Below, one piece after another: positions 25,350 through 34,905 of a DNA stretch of 64,000 nucleotides. The translations under genes were made by a program, and so were the position numbers. The DNA comes from an uncultured Alphaproteobacteria bacterium (GTDB lineage Bacteria > Pseudomonadota > Alphaproteobacteria > Rhizobiales > Xanthobacteraceae): contig CAWBPE010000002.1 in assembly GCA_963790595.1 (NCBI GenBank), positions 46,857 through 110,856 of the forward strand, written 5' to 3'. The notes under the pieces are model-generated. The model searched no databases and had not been told where the DNA came from. It was given only the letters and a program-made list of their open reading frames with translations. Every line of letters begins with the position of its first letter. The stretch's first letter is position 1.

Positions 25350-26102
25350 CTATTGGCTCGCTTGGGCAAATTTACCAACTCTAAGATCGACCACACGATA
25401 ACGATGGCCGGGCAGCAGCACGCAATCAGCCTCCGCGGCGAACTCGATCATCACGTGACCGTCGTCGAATTTGCTGGTCACCTTTCCGAAGCGGCCGAGC
25501 ATGCGAATAAAGCCGGGATCTGCGGTCTTGAACAAATGGTTTTCCCGCAGCACGAAGCGCCGAGGTCCCGTCCACTCGATTTCGGGAATGGTTCGCCTGA
25601 CGTCGTCATTGGTGCCGATGTTGCGGCTGGTGACTTCCTTGAACAGGCTCGTTCCGCCGACCAGATGCGCGCGGCCGTTTTCGATATTGTAGATGTTGAG
25701 CTGAACCCCATGACGGTCGAAGCGGAAACCAACGGCAACGTGCCGCGAATCCGACGACCATTGGCCGTGATAGGCGTCGGGAGCGGTGTCGAGATTGTTT
25801 TCCGAACCGATGTCGTCGAGCCGCGCGATCCTGCGATGCGCGGGCTCGGCCATCAGCCAGACGTGAAATTTTTCGTGGCCGCCGTCGCCGTCGCCATGGG
25901 CGGCCAGCGACATCCGTCTGTCGGGCGAAAGACCGTCGCGAATGATGGCGTATTCGTCGCCGGCATAATCGTGCTCGCTGGTGGCGCGAACCGGCGCGGC
26001 CGCGAGCGCCAGCCGCGCGGCGACAATAAAGCCCAGGAAGTGACGGCGGTTCATGGCCATTGGTCGCGGCGGCGCGGTGAGCGGTTCAGCATCGCGCGTC
26101 AT
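25350..26102 (-). CDS. hypothetical periplasmic protein with twin-arginine-like signal
   Basis: 250-aa ORF. MAMNRRHFLGFIVAARLALAAAPVRA is RR-signal-like. The start overlaps the stop of the upstream gene (ATGA at 26099-26102). No recognisable catalytic motif. Confidence 0.65.
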   Translation of the reverse strand: MTRDAEPLTAPPRPMAMNRRHFLGFIVAARLALAAAPVRATSEHDYAGDEYAIIRDGLSPDRRMSLAAHGDGDGGHEKFHVWLMAEPAHRRIARLDDIGSENNLDTAPDAYHGQWSSDSRHVAVGFRFDRHGVQLNIYNIENGRAHLVGGTSLFKEVTSRNIGTNDDVRRTIPEIEWTGPRRFVLRENHLFKTADPGFIRMLGRFGKVTSKFDDGHVMIEFAAEADCVLLPGHRYRVVDLRVGKFAQASQ

Positions 26103-27181
26103 TCCACCAGCGTGAATTGCAGCATCAGCGTGCGCTGGATCAGCGAGAAATTATCATCGGAGACCAGCGTCAGCACGGTCTCACCCTCCGGCGTGACATG
26201 GGCGTCGATGCCTTCCATATTGTCGATCTCGTCGTGCAGATCCGCGTCGAAGATCGCGGGGCCATCGACCGTCGCGCCCGGCGCCACCGATGCCAGCGGA
26301 ATGCGCCGGATGCGGATGCCGACGCCCGACAGCAGCGAGAATTTGCGCTCCAGCACCAAAAGATCGCCCGAGGGCAGCAGTACCGCGTCACTGATGTCGA
26401 ATTCTCCGGTGCGGCGGACGCTGAACTGTCCCGGTGTCGGACCGCCGACCAGAAACGCGATCAGATTGCCCTTGGCATCAAGGCCTCGCTCGGACATCGC
26501 AATCAGCGTGCCCGCCAGCGGCATGCCTTTCGGCACGAACACCAGCGCTTCCAGCCCTTTGTTCGATGGCAATTTGGCCGCCGCAGCCGGCAATGGCACC
26601 ACCTCACCGTGCGAGCGCGTAAACCCCTTGCTGAAATCGAAGCGCAGCACCTGGTGGACGCGCTCCAGGCCGATATAGACAAAGGAGCCATCGAGCGCGA
26701 TCGATTCCGAATCGAACCAGCCGCGCGTAGTGATCGGCTTGCCGTCCGGCCCCAGCATCGGCGCGGCCTCGACCTCGGCGAGCCCGCTCATCTCGCGGCC
26801 GCTATAGACGATCTTGCCGGTGAACCAGTTTCCCTTGTCGCTGAAAGAGATGAACCGCTCGCCCTTAGGGTCCAGCCGCAGGCCCGACAACCCGCCGAAG
26901 CCGGGAAAGCGCGAGGTCAGCACCAGCCCGCTGCGATATTCCAGCGATCCGAAACGCGTATGCGCGCGGTCGTTCGGATCAAAGGACTGTATTGCCCGCG
27001 CATTGACCTCGATCGATATAGGCGCGGCGACCGAGAATTCATCCGGCGGGATCGGCTTCAGCGGCGGTTGCGTCGCATGTTGCGCCGGCGCGATATCCGT
27101 CAGCGCGATCGTCCAGAGCCCGAGCGCGGTGGATTTCAGGAAGCGGCGGCGGGTGAGGTCGCGAACCGGGTCACGACTCAT
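26099..27181 (-). CDS. phytase-like esterase family protein (beta-propeller), Tat signal
   Basis: MSRDPVRDLTRRRFLKSTALGLWTIAL is a Tat motif. The C-terminal VSDDNFSLIQRTLMLQF is typical of the esterase-like activity of phytase family (from memory). It starts 6 nt after the cobT stop. Confidence 0.65.
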   Translation of the reverse strand: MSRDPVRDLTRRRFLKSTALGLWTIALTDIAPAQHATQPPLKPIPPDEFSVAAPISIEVNARAIQSFDPNDRAHTRFGSLEYRSGLVLTSRFPGFGGLSGLRLDPKGERFISFSDKGNWFTGKIVYSGREMSGLAEVEAAPMLGPDGKPITTRGWFDSESIALDGSFVYIGLERVHQVLRFDFSKGFTRSHGEVVPLPAAAAKLPSNKGLEALVFVPKGMPLAGTLIAMSERGLDAKGNLIAFLVGGPTPGQFSVRRTGEFDISDAVLLPSGDLLVLERKFSLLSGVGIRIRRIPLASVAPGATVDGPAIFDADLHDEIDNMEGIDAHVTPEGETVLTLVSDDNFSLIQRTLMLQFTLVE

Positions 27182-27187
27182 GAATAT

Positions 27188-29101
27188 CTACGAGTGCAGT
27201 CTGCGCTTGGGACCGCCACCACGGCCTGTCTTGGCCGGCGCGGCGCCGCTAGTCTCGCTGAACAATTCAGCAAGCTTTTCGGTGATGGCGCCGCCGAGTT
27301 CTTCGGCGTCGACGATGGTGACCGCGCGGCGATAATAGCGCGTGACGTCGTGACCGATGCCGATCGCGATCAGTTCGACCGGCGAGCGAGTCTCGATTTC
27401 CTCGATAATATGACGCAGGTGCCGCTCCAGATAGTTGCCGGGATTGACCGACAGGGTGGAATCGTCGACCGGCGCGCCGTCCGAAATCATCATCAATATC
27501 TTGCGCTGCTCGGAGCGGCCGAGCAGCCGCTTGTGGGCCCAGTCCAGCGCCTCGCCGTCGATGTTTTCCTTGAGCAGGCCCTCGCGCATCATCAGCCCGA
27601 GATTTTTTCGCGCGCGGCGCCATGGCGCATCGGCGGATTTGTAGATGATGTGGCGCAGATCGTTAAGACGGCCTGGATTGGCCGGCTTGCCGGCAGCCAG
27701 CCACGCCTCGCGCGATTGGCCGCCCTTCCATGCCCGCGTGGTGAAGCCGAGGATCTCGACCTTGACGCCGCAACGCTCCAGCGTGCGCGCGAGAATATCC
27801 GCGCAAGTCGCCGCTACGGTAATGGGGCGGCCGCGCATCGAACCGGAATTGTCCAACAGCAGCGTCACCACGGTGTCGCGGAAGGTCGCTTCCTTTTCAT
27901 GCATGAACGACAGCGGGTGATAGGGATCGGTGACCACGCGCGACAACCGCGCCGGATCAAGAATGCCTTCCTCGAGATCGAATTCCCAGGCGCGGTTCTG
28001 CTGCGCCATCAAACGGCGTTGCAGTCGGTTCGCCAGCCGCGCGACAATGCCCTGCAGATGCGCGAGCTGCTTGTCGAGATAGCTGCGCAGCCGTTCCAGT
28101 TCGTCATGATCGCAGAGGTCTTCGGCCGCGATCACCTCGTCGAATTTCGGCGCGAAGGCGTGATATTCCGGCCCGCGCGGTTCATTGATGCCGCGCGAAT
28201 TCGGCCGCTGGGCTTCGCCCGGCGTCTCATCATCGCCGAGTTCGCCATCGTCGAACGTGTCGCTGGTGGAGGCCTGCGCGCTTTCCATCGCACTTTCGGA
28301 CATTTCGTCCGAGGTGGCCTGGGCCTGATCGGCGCTCATTTCCTGCGCGGCGTCGCTGTCGGGCGAACCCTCGGCGCCGGACTGATCGTTTTCGCCGTCG
28401 CGATTCTCGTCCTCGTTCTCGTCGTCATCGGCCTCGGCATTGCGCTCGTCGCCGAGTTCGAGCGCGGTCAACAGATCATGCACCGCGTCACCGAATTTCG
28501 CCTGATCTTCCGCGAACCGGTCGAGCTGGTCGAGCCGCCCGCCGATCTTGTCTTCCAGCACCGGGCGCCACAGGTCGACCATCTTGCGAGCGGCCGCCGG
28601 CGGCGCGAGACCCGTGAGGCGTTCGCGCACCAGCATCGCCAACGCGTCGGACAATGGCGCATCGGCGCGATCAGTGATCTCGTCGAACTTGCCGCGATGG
28701 AAATGATCGTCGAGCATCGCGGTGAGATTCTTCGCAACGCCCGCCATCCGCCGCGAGCCCAGTGCCTCGACGCGGGCCTGCTCGACGGCTTCGAACACGC
28801 CGCGTGCCTGCGGATTTCCGGGCATCAATTTGCGGTGCACTTTCGGATCGTGACAGGCGAGTTTCAATGCGATCGAATCGGCATGACCGCGCACGATGGC
28901 GGCGTCACGCCGGGTCATCTTGCGCGCCGGCTCCGGCAGCCGCGCCTTGCCCGGTGCCAGACCGGGACGCTCGGCCGCGAACGTCACCTCAAGCTCCGGC
29001 GCTTTGGCGATCGCGCGCAGGCAAGACGTCACCGCGCGCTTGAACGGCTCGGTCGGCGCTTCCTTCGATCCGGTGCGAAATTTGGAGTTCGACGTCGTCA
29101 T
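27188..29101 (-). CDS. cobT: cobaltochelatase CobT-like subunit (VWA domain)
   Basis: 637 aa with an acidic central region and a C-terminal VWA domain with [16 protein letters not shown]. The N-terminus [13 protein letters not shown]...[11 protein letters not shown] is typical of CobT. Confidence 0.88.
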   Translation of the reverse strand: MTTSNSKFRTGSKEAPTEPFKRAVTSCLRAIAKAPELEVTFAAERPGLAPGKARLPEPARKMTRRDAAIVRGHADSIALKLACHDPKVHRKLMPGNPQARGVFEAVEQARVEALGSRRMAGVAKNLTAMLDDHFHRGKFDEITDRADAPLSDALAMLVRERLTGLAPPAAARKMVDLWRPVLEDKIGGRLDQLDRFAEDQAKFGDAVHDLLTALELGDERNAEADDDENEDENRDGENDQSGAEGSPDSDAAQEMSADQAQATSDEMSESAMESAQASTSDTFDDGELGDDETPGEAQRPNSRGINEPRGPEYHAFAPKFDEVIAAEDLCDHDELERLRSYLDKQLAHLQGIVARLANRLQRRLMAQQNRAWEFDLEEGILDPARLSRVVTDPYHPLSFMHEKEATFRDTVVTLLLDNSGSMRGRPITVAATCADILARTLERCGVKVEILGFTTRAWKGGQSREAWLAAGKPANPGRLNDLRHIIYKSADAPWRRARKNLGLMMREGLLKENIDGEALDWAHKRLLGRSEQRKILMMISDGAPVDDSTLSVNPGNYLERHLRHIIEEIETRSPVELIAIGIGHDVTRYYRRAVTIVDAEELGGAITEKLAELFSETSGAAPAKTGRGGGPKRRLHS

Positions 29102-29175
29102 GTCTGCCTCACCGCCGTCGTCCCTGCGACAGCGGGGACCTCACGGCGGCCATTATGGTCGGACTTCTCTTGTTT

Positions 29176-29223
29176 GAGCATGACCTTTTCGGAAAACCGG
29201 TTCCCACTTTTCCGGATCATGCT
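29176..29223. repeat. Family H short palindromic repeat
   Basis: GAGCATGACCTTTTCGGAAAACCGGTTCCCACTTTTCCGGATCATGCT. It abuts the cobS stop codon and is preceded at 29117-29140 by a degenerate Family A half-site, GTCGTCCCTGCGACAGCGGGGACC. Confidence 0.75.
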
Positions 29224-30237
29224 CTAGGAAAGCGCCACGTTCACCGAGGATTCCGCGAGTTCGGCGTTGAAGCAGCGCTGATAGAATTCAGCCACCAGCG
29301 GCCGTTCCAGCTCGTCGCACTTGTTGAGGAAGGTGACGCGGAACGCAAAGCCGATATCGGAGAATATCTCGGCGTTTTCCGCCCAGGTGATCACGGTACG
29401 CGGGCTCATCACCGTCGACAGATCGCCATTGGCGAAGGCGTTGCGGGTGAGATCCGCCAGCCGCACCATCTTGTTGACGATGTCGCGCCCTTCCTGGTTG
29501 CGATAGTGATGCGCCTTGGCGAGCACGATCTCGACTTCCTCGTCATGCGCCAGATAGTTCAGCGTGGTGACGATCGACCAGCGGTCCATCTGGCCCTGGT
29601 TGATCTGCTGGGTGCCGTGATAGAGGCCAGAGGTATCGCCGAGCCCGACCGTGTTGGCGGTCGAGAACAGCCGGAACGCCGGATGCGGCTTGATCACCTT
29701 GTTCTGGTCGAGCAGGGTCAGTCGCCCCGAAACTTCCAGCACGCGCTGGATCACGAACATCACGTCGGGACGGCCGGCGTCATATTCGTCGAACACCAGC
29801 GCGATATTGTTCTGCAGCGCCCAGGGCAGAATGCCGTCGCGGAATTCCGTGACCTGCTTGCCGTCACGCACCACGATGGAGTCTTTGCCGACCAGATCGA
29901 TACGGCTGATGTGGCTGTCGAGGTTGACGCGCACGCAGGGCCAGTTGAGCCGCGCTGCGACCTGCTCGATATGGGTCGACTTGCCGGTGCCGTGATAGCC
30001 CGTGACCATGACGCGGCGGTTCTTGGCAAATCCGGCGAGGATCGCGAGCGTGGTGGCGCGATCGAAACGGTAATCGGCATCGACATCCGGCACATGCGGA
30101 TCGACCGCGGAATAAGCGGGGACCTCAAGGTCACTGTCGATCCCGAATACCTGCCGAACCGACACCTTCATATCGGGCAACCCGGCGGGCGCCCCGGCAT
30201 TTTCTTGCGATTTGGTCATGGCGGCGGTCGTCATCAA
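29224..30237 (-). CDS. cobS: cobaltochelatase CobS-like AAA+ (MoxR-type) ATPase
   Basis: Walker [11 protein letters not shown], Walker B LVFDEYD, and the conserved [17 protein letters not shown]-terminus. Confidence 0.9.
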   Translation of the reverse strand: MMTTAAMTKSQENAGAPAGLPDMKVSVRQVFGIDSDLEVPAYSAVDPHVPDVDADYRFDRATTLAILAGFAKNRRVMVTGYHGTGKSTHIEQVAARLNWPCVRVNLDSHISRIDLVGKDSIVVRDGKQVTEFRDGILPWALQNNIALVFDEYDAGRPDVMFVIQRVLEVSGRLTLLDQNKVIKPHPAFRLFSTANTVGLGDTSGLYHGTQQINQGQMDRWSIVTTLNYLAHDEEVEIVLAKAHHYRNQEGRDIVNKMVRLADLTRNAFANGDLSTVMSPRTVITWAENAEIFSDIGFAFRVTFLNKCDELERPLVAEFYQRCFNAELAESSVNVALS

Positions 30238-30554
30238 TCCTCCGAGGTCTCGGACGCTCCCGAAACCAGATTTTATGGTGTGGCTGCGGATGGGTGCTCG
30301 AATAAACCTATCAGAGAGCCGCGGCGGGCAGAAGCCCGCGGCTTAATCAAAGTTCCGTTGCTATATCATCAAGATAGGGGCTGAGCCCGGTTTTTGGAAG
30401 GCTGCCCTGCGAATCACGCCGTACTTTCGCCGGCCCAGCCGGGCAGTCCTGCCCCAAGGGGCATGCATGGAGCCCTATTGGCACTTTCCACCCTCGCCGC
30501 GAGTTGTGTTAGGTCTGCTTTAGGACCGGTCCGCAACGCCCGCACAGGAATTTT

Positions 30555-31226
30555 GTGACTTCATTTATTGACCCATTGATTGCGTTCGTTTCAACGCATC
30601 CCGAATTGGCCTATCTCACGCTGTTCCTCGCAGCCCTGCTGGAGGCGGTTCCGGTCGTCGGCGCGGTGATTCCGGGCTCGACCATCATCTTCGCGCTGAG
30701 CGCGCTGGTGCCGGGCGGCGAGTTGAAGCTTGAATGGGTGCTGATCGCCGCGGGTGCCGGCGCGTTGCTCGGCGACGGCTCGGCGTTCTGGATCGGGCAT
30801 CGCAGCCAGCGCGAGATCCTCAATGCCTGGCCGCTGTCGAATTACCCGAGCGTGGTCGCGCAGAGCGAGGCGTTCTTCAATCGCTGGGGCGCGCTGGCGG
30901 TATTCTTCGCCCGCTTCGTGCCGCCGATACGCGCCTTTGTGCCGGTCACCGCGGGCGCGCTCGGAATGTCGCCGAAAATATTTTACGCGGTCAATATCCC
31001 CGCGATCCTGCTATGGGCCCCTGCGCATGTGCTGCCGGGCGTGCTCGCGGTATCGGCGCTACACAAATACGGCGGATTTGCACCGCATTCCGGCCTCGCC
31101 AAGCATTACTGGATGCTGTTCGTGATCGGCGCCGCTGTGATTATCGCGCTGGCGTTCTGGGTGATCCGCCGCCGGAAGGGCGGCGGCGTGATCGAGCCGG
31201 CGGCGCCGGTTCGCAAGAACCCGTGA
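30555..31226 (+). CDS. DedA family (SNARE-associated) membrane protein
   Basis: 223 aa with a GTG start and multiple TM helices. FLAALLEAVPVVGAVIPGSTI and FFARFVPPIRAFVPVTAGALGM are DedA signatures. Confidence 0.8.
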   Translation: MTSFIDPLIAFVSTHPELAYLTLFLAALLEAVPVVGAVIPGSTIIFALSALVPGGELKLEWVLIAAGAGALLGDGSAFWIGHRSQREILNAWPLSNYPSVVAQSEAFFNRWGALAVFFARFVPPIRAFVPVTAGALGMSPKIFYAVNIPAILLWAPAHVLPGVLAVSALHKYGGFAPHSGLAKHYWMLFVIGAAVIIALAFWVIRRRKGGGVIEPAAPVRKNP

Positions 31227-31248
31227 TTTTACCTGCAACGCAAGCGGT

Positions 31249-31374
31249 CCCCTCATGGTGAGGAGGCGCTCTTGCGCCGTCTCGAACCACGAGTGCAGGA
31301 GGCCATCCTTCGAGACGCGACCAAGTGGCCGCTCCTCCAGCGAGGAGCGCAAGTGCGCTCGCGCGGGGATGAGG
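31249..31374. repeat. Family G structured palindromic repeat
   Basis: CCCCTCATGGTGAGGAGGCGC...CGTCTCGAA-N23-TTCGAGACG...GCGCAAGTGCGCTCGCGCGGGGATGAGG, with several nested inverted repeats. Confidence 0.7.
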
Positions 31375-31381
31375 TCAGCGC

Positions 31382-32041
31382 TTAAGCGCCGCGCACGACC
31401 GTCTTGAGATAATTATAAGCCTTGATGATTTCGATCAGCCGGTCCTCGGTGGAGCGGTCGCCGCCATTGGCATCGGGATGGTGCTGCTTCACCAGCGCCT
31501 TGTACTTGGCCTTGACGGTCTCGAGCGTCGCATCGGCGCCGAGCCCCATCACCTGCAGCGCCTTGCGTTCGGCGTTGAAAATCTTGCGGGTCTCGACCTT
31601 GGTCTCGCCGGCAGCGCCGCCCGGGCCCGGCCGCCAACGGCCACGGCCGTTGAGTTCGCTGAACATGCTGAACGGGTCAGCCGCAGCTTCGAGGTCGGCC
31701 TCGGGGCTGCCCTTGCCCTTCTTGGCGCTGGTATTGGCGCCCATCTTCCACGTCGGACGATGACCGGTCAGCGCATCCTTCTGGTAACGCGCAACCGCGT
31801 CCGCATTCATGCCCGAGAAGAAATTATAGGACTGGTTATATTCGCGGACATGATTGAGGCAGAAGTGCCAATATTCCTTGTCATTGGCCCGGCCCTTGGG
31901 CGCCCGGTGCGGCCCCTTGTTCTTGCAGTCGGGCCATTCACACATCGCGGCTTCTTCACGCGCCAGCGCCTGCTGCTTGGCGCTGAGCTTGTTCGGCTTG
32001 ATCCGGATGGAGTCGAAGAATTTGGATGAATCAATGGGCAT
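31382..32041 (-). CDS. J-domain protein with N-terminal Cys/His putative zinc motif
   Basis: The C-terminal J domain is LETVKAKYKALVKQHHPDANGGD...IIKAYNYLK (HPD). The N-terminal motif is CEWPDC...HFCLNH. Confidence 0.8.
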   Translation of the reverse strand: MPIDSSKFFDSIRIKPNKLSAKQQALAREEAAMCEWPDCKNKGPHRAPKGRANDKEYWHFCLNHVREYNQSYNFFSGMNADAVARYQKDALTGHRPTWKMGANTSAKKGKGSPEADLEAAADPFSMFSELNGRGRWRPGPGGAAGETKVETRKIFNAERKALQVMGLGADATLETVKAKYKALVKQHHPDANGGDRSTEDRLIEIIKAYNYLKTVVRGA

Positions 32042-32148
32042 GGCTGACTATGACAACGCAATGCGAAAGGCTTCAAGTCTTGACATTGCGAATCCCTCAC
32101 TCTCGATGCGCCATTGACGCCGAACCGTCATGGACGTATTGCCGCGCC

Positions 32149-32421
32149 ATGAGCACCAAAGACACTATCATCAACAAGTTGCGCGAAGCTTTCTCTCCAG
32201 AAAGCCTGGATGTAGCAGACGAATCACATCTTCATGAAGGCCATGCTGGCCACAGGCCGGGCGGCGAGACGCATTTCAGGGTGTATATTGTGTCGCCTGC
32301 CTTTGAAGGGAAGAGCCGGATCGAGCGCCATCGGATGATAAATTCGGCACTGGCGGCGGAACTGGCCGGCTCCGTGCACGCTCTGGCGCTCAAGGCGCAG
32401 GCCCCCGGGGAAGCCAAATAG
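32149..32421 (+). CDS. bolA: BolA family protein
   Basis: From the ATG at 32149: MSTKDTIINKLREAFSPESLDVADESHLHEGHAG...THFRVYIVSPAFEGKSRIERHRMINSAL. Confidence 0.88.
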   Translation: MSTKDTIINKLREAFSPESLDVADESHLHEGHAGHRPGGETHFRVYIVSPAFEGKSRIERHRMINSALAAELAGSVHALALKAQAPGEAK

Positions 32422-32433
32422 ACCGGCCGGTAG

Positions 32434-33741
32434 TCAGAACGCCGTACCGGCCCGCTTCGGCTTTTTCTCCTCGATCTCGGCCTCGCGGGGCACCGCGACA
32501 ATTCGCAGCGCGGTGATGCGGTTGCGCTCCCGCCGCAGCACCCGAAACCGGAAGCCGTGGAAGGTAAAACTCTGGCCGCGTTCCGGGATCGAACGGGCCT
32601 CGTGAATCACGAGCCCGGCGACCGTGGTCGCCTCCTCGTCCGGCAGATGCCAGTCCATCGCGCGGTTGAGATCGCGGATCGGCACCGAACCATCGACCAC
32701 CACAGACCCATCGGGCTGGGCGCGAACGCCGGCCACCACGACGTCGTGCTCGTCGGAAATATCGCCAACGATTTCTTCCAGGATGTCTTCCAGCGTCACC
32801 ATGCCTTCGACTTCGCCGTATTCGTCGACCACCAGCGCGAAGTGGGTCTTGCGGCGGCGGAATGCCTTGAGCTGTTCGGACACCGGGCGCATCTCCGGCA
32901 CAAACCACGGCGGCAGCGCGATGGTCGAGACGTCGATACTGGCGGTATCGCCCTCGGCGGCGCGGATCGCGCGCAGCAGATCCTTGGCGTGCAGCACGCC
33001 GATGATGTTCTCGGGTTTTTCCCGCCACAGCGGAATCCGGGTGTATTCGGTCGCCAAGACCTCGCGCACCAGTTCTTCCGGCGGCAGATCGGCATTGATC
33101 ATCACCATTTCGGTTCGGTGTACCATCACGTCGGAAACCTGCAGTTCGCGCAAATCGAGCAAGCCACCGAACATGTCGCGGTCCTGCTTTTCGACCTTGC
33201 CCTCGTGATGCAACAGATCGACCGCGCCGCGCAGACGTTCGGTCGGCGATAATATCGGTTGATTGTGACCGATCTTGATGCCCAAAAGCTGCATCAGCAC
33301 GCGGACGACCGCCTCGATCACGGTGAGCAGCGGTCCGAACACATAGACCATCAGCTTCATCGGCCGCGCGACCAGAAGCGAGATCCGGTCCGGTGCATTG
33401 ATCGCGACCGTCTTCGGCAACACTTCGGCGAAGATCACGACCAGCACCGTCATGACGCCGGTGGCGTAGAGCACGCCGACCTCGCCGAACCATGCCGTAA
33501 AGATGCCGGTCGCCAAGACAGAGGCGCCGATATTGGCGATGTTGTTGCCGAGCAACAACGCGCCGATCATCCGCTCGCGCATCGCAAACAGGCTGGAAAC
33601 CACGCCGGCGTCGCGATTGCCCTGTTTTGACAGGCGCAACATGCTGGCGCGCGAGGCACCGGTCAGCGCGGTCTCGCTTGCGGAAAAGAACGCAGAGACC
33701 ACGAGACAGGCAATGACGACGGAAGGCGTAAACCAGTCCAT
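32434..33741 (-). CDS. CNNM/HlyC-CorC family transporter (DUF21 + CBS pair + CorC_HlyC)
   Basis: 435 aa. FFSASETALTG (DUF21), a CBS region and the C-terminal transporter-associated domain (GQSFTFHGFRFRVLRRERNRI). Confidence 0.85.
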   Translation of the reverse strand: MDWFTPSVVIACLVVSAFFSASETALTGASRASMLRLSKQGNRDAGVVSSLFAMRERMIGALLLGNNIANIGASVLATGIFTAWFGEVGVLYATGVMTVLVVIFAEVLPKTVAINAPDRISLLVARPMKLMVYVFGPLLTVIEAVVRVLMQLLGIKIGHNQPILSPTERLRGAVDLLHHEGKVEKQDRDMFGGLLDLRELQVSDVMVHRTEMVMINADLPPEELVREVLATEYTRIPLWREKPENIIGVLHAKDLLRAIRAAEGDTASIDVSTIALPPWFVPEMRPVSEQLKAFRRRKTHFALVVDEYGEVEGMVTLEDILEEIVGDISDEHDVVVAGVRAQPDGSVVVDGSVPIRDLNRAMDWHLPDEEATTVAGLVIHEARSIPERGQSFTFHGFRFRVLRRERNRITALRIVAVPREAEIEEKKPKRAGTAF

Positions 33742-33747
33742 GACGCG

Positions 33748-34905
33748 TTATTCACTTCGCCCGTTTGATTGCAGTTTGGCTTTAAGGAAATCACGAACCA
33801 GTGACGGTTCGACGTCGGGCGCGATCACGGCGCGCCCGACCGCCTCCAGCAGGATGAAGGTGAGCCGGCCGCGCTTGACCTTCTTGTCTTGCGCCATCAG
33901 CGCCATCAGCGCATCGGCGTCGGCCAACCCTTCCTGGGTAAATCCGGCGATGTCCTGCAACCGGGTCGGCAGGCCGACCTCGGCCAGATGATGCCGCACC
34001 CGCGTCGCGTCCTTTTCGGAAATCATCCCGAGTTGCGCCGATAATTCCGCCGCCAGCACCATGCCGACGGAAACCCCTTCGCCATGAAACAGCCGGTCGG
34101 AAAACCCGGTCGCGGCTTCCAGTGCATGGCCAAACGTATGACCAAGATTGAGCAGCGCGCGCTCGCCGGTTTCGCGCTCGTCGCGCGACACGATCGAGGC
34201 CTTGGCGCGGCAGGAGGTCGCGATCGCATGTTCCCGCGCGCCGCCGCCTGAGAAAATGCCCGCGTGATTAGCCTCTAACCATGCGAAAAACGCTTCGTCG
34301 CCGAGCACGCCATATTTGGCGACTTCGGCATAGCCGGCGCGGAACTGGCGCGGCGACAGCGTGTCGAGGACGGCGGTGTCCGCGACCACCAGCACCGGCT
34401 GGTGAAACGCGCCGAGCAGGTTTTTACCCCGGGGCGAATTGATTCCGGTTTTGCCGCCGACTGAAGAGTCGACCTGCGCCAGCAGCGAGGTCGGCACCTG
34501 CACGAAATCGACACCACGGCGCAGGATCGCGGCTGCGAAGCCTGCGAGATCGCCGACCACGCCGCCACCCAGCGCAATTACGAGATCATTGCGTTCGATC
34601 TTCGCCGCGATCAAAGCCTCGCTGACCTCCTGGAGACCGGCATAGCTCTTCGAACCCTCGCCTTCCTCGACCACGACGCGCGACGAGGCGATGCCGGACG
34701 CCGCCAGCGACGCCTCGGTTTTTTCCAGCCAATATTTTGCGACGGTGCGATCGGTGACGATGGCGGTGCGCGCGCCCGGCCGCAACGCCGCGACACGCGC
34801 GCCCAGCGACGACAGCACGTCACGGCCGATGATGATGTCATAGGCGCGCTCACCCAGCGCGACATCGACCGTGATCGGATCCGAATGTTTCAGGGGTACC
34901 GTCAT
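33748..34905 (-). CDS. aroB: 3-dehydroquinate synthase
   Basis: From Met 30 of the track ORF (MTVPLKHSDP...). Contains GGGVVGDLAGFAAA, GKNLLGAFHQP and LNLGHTFGHALE. The ATG overlaps the aroK stop (ATGA). Confidence 0.92.
   Translation of the reverse strand: MTVPLKHSDPITVDVALGERAYDIIIGRDVLSSLGARVAALRPGARTAIVTDRTVAKYWLEKTEASLAASGIASSRVVVEEGEGSKSYAGLQEVSEALIAAKIERNDLVIALGGGVVGDLAGFAAAILRRGVDFVQVPTSLLAQVDSSVGGKTGINSPRGKNLLGAFHQPVLVVADTAVLDTLSPRQFRAGYAEVAKYGVLGDEAFFAWLEANHAGIFSGGGAREHAIATSCRAKASIVSRDERETGERALLNLGHTFGHALEAATGFSDRLFHGEGVSVGMVLAAELSAQLGMISEKDATRVRHHLAEVGLPTRLQDIAGFTQEGLADADALMALMAQDKKVKRGRLTFILLEAVGRAVIAPDVEPSLVRDFLKAKLQSNGRSE

Noticed and set aside
24213-26678. 821-aa plus-strand ORF, plus similar ones at 108-1772, 3016-4419, 8729-10027, 10922-12124, 17327-18802, 22894-24216, 53341-54534, 56609-57865 and 59309-60394
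   Set aside because: All are antisense or out of frame relative to genes with strong motif support. All have the Arg/Gly/His/Pro-rich composition typical of non-coding frames in high-GC genomes.
26117-29227. 1036-aa ORF on the plus strand, the longest in this part of the track
   Set aside because: It is antisense to cobT and the phytase-like gene, both of which carry clear motifs (VWA MIDAS site, Tat signal). Its translation is Arg/Gly/Ala/His-rich and motif-free, which is the usual shadow ORF of GC-rich DNA.
30238-30554. Possible cobalamin riboswitch in the 317-bp region upstream of cobS
   Set aside because: I could not find a B12-box-like core or the expected multi-helix arrangement, only short generic hairpins. 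A cmscan would be needed to be certain.
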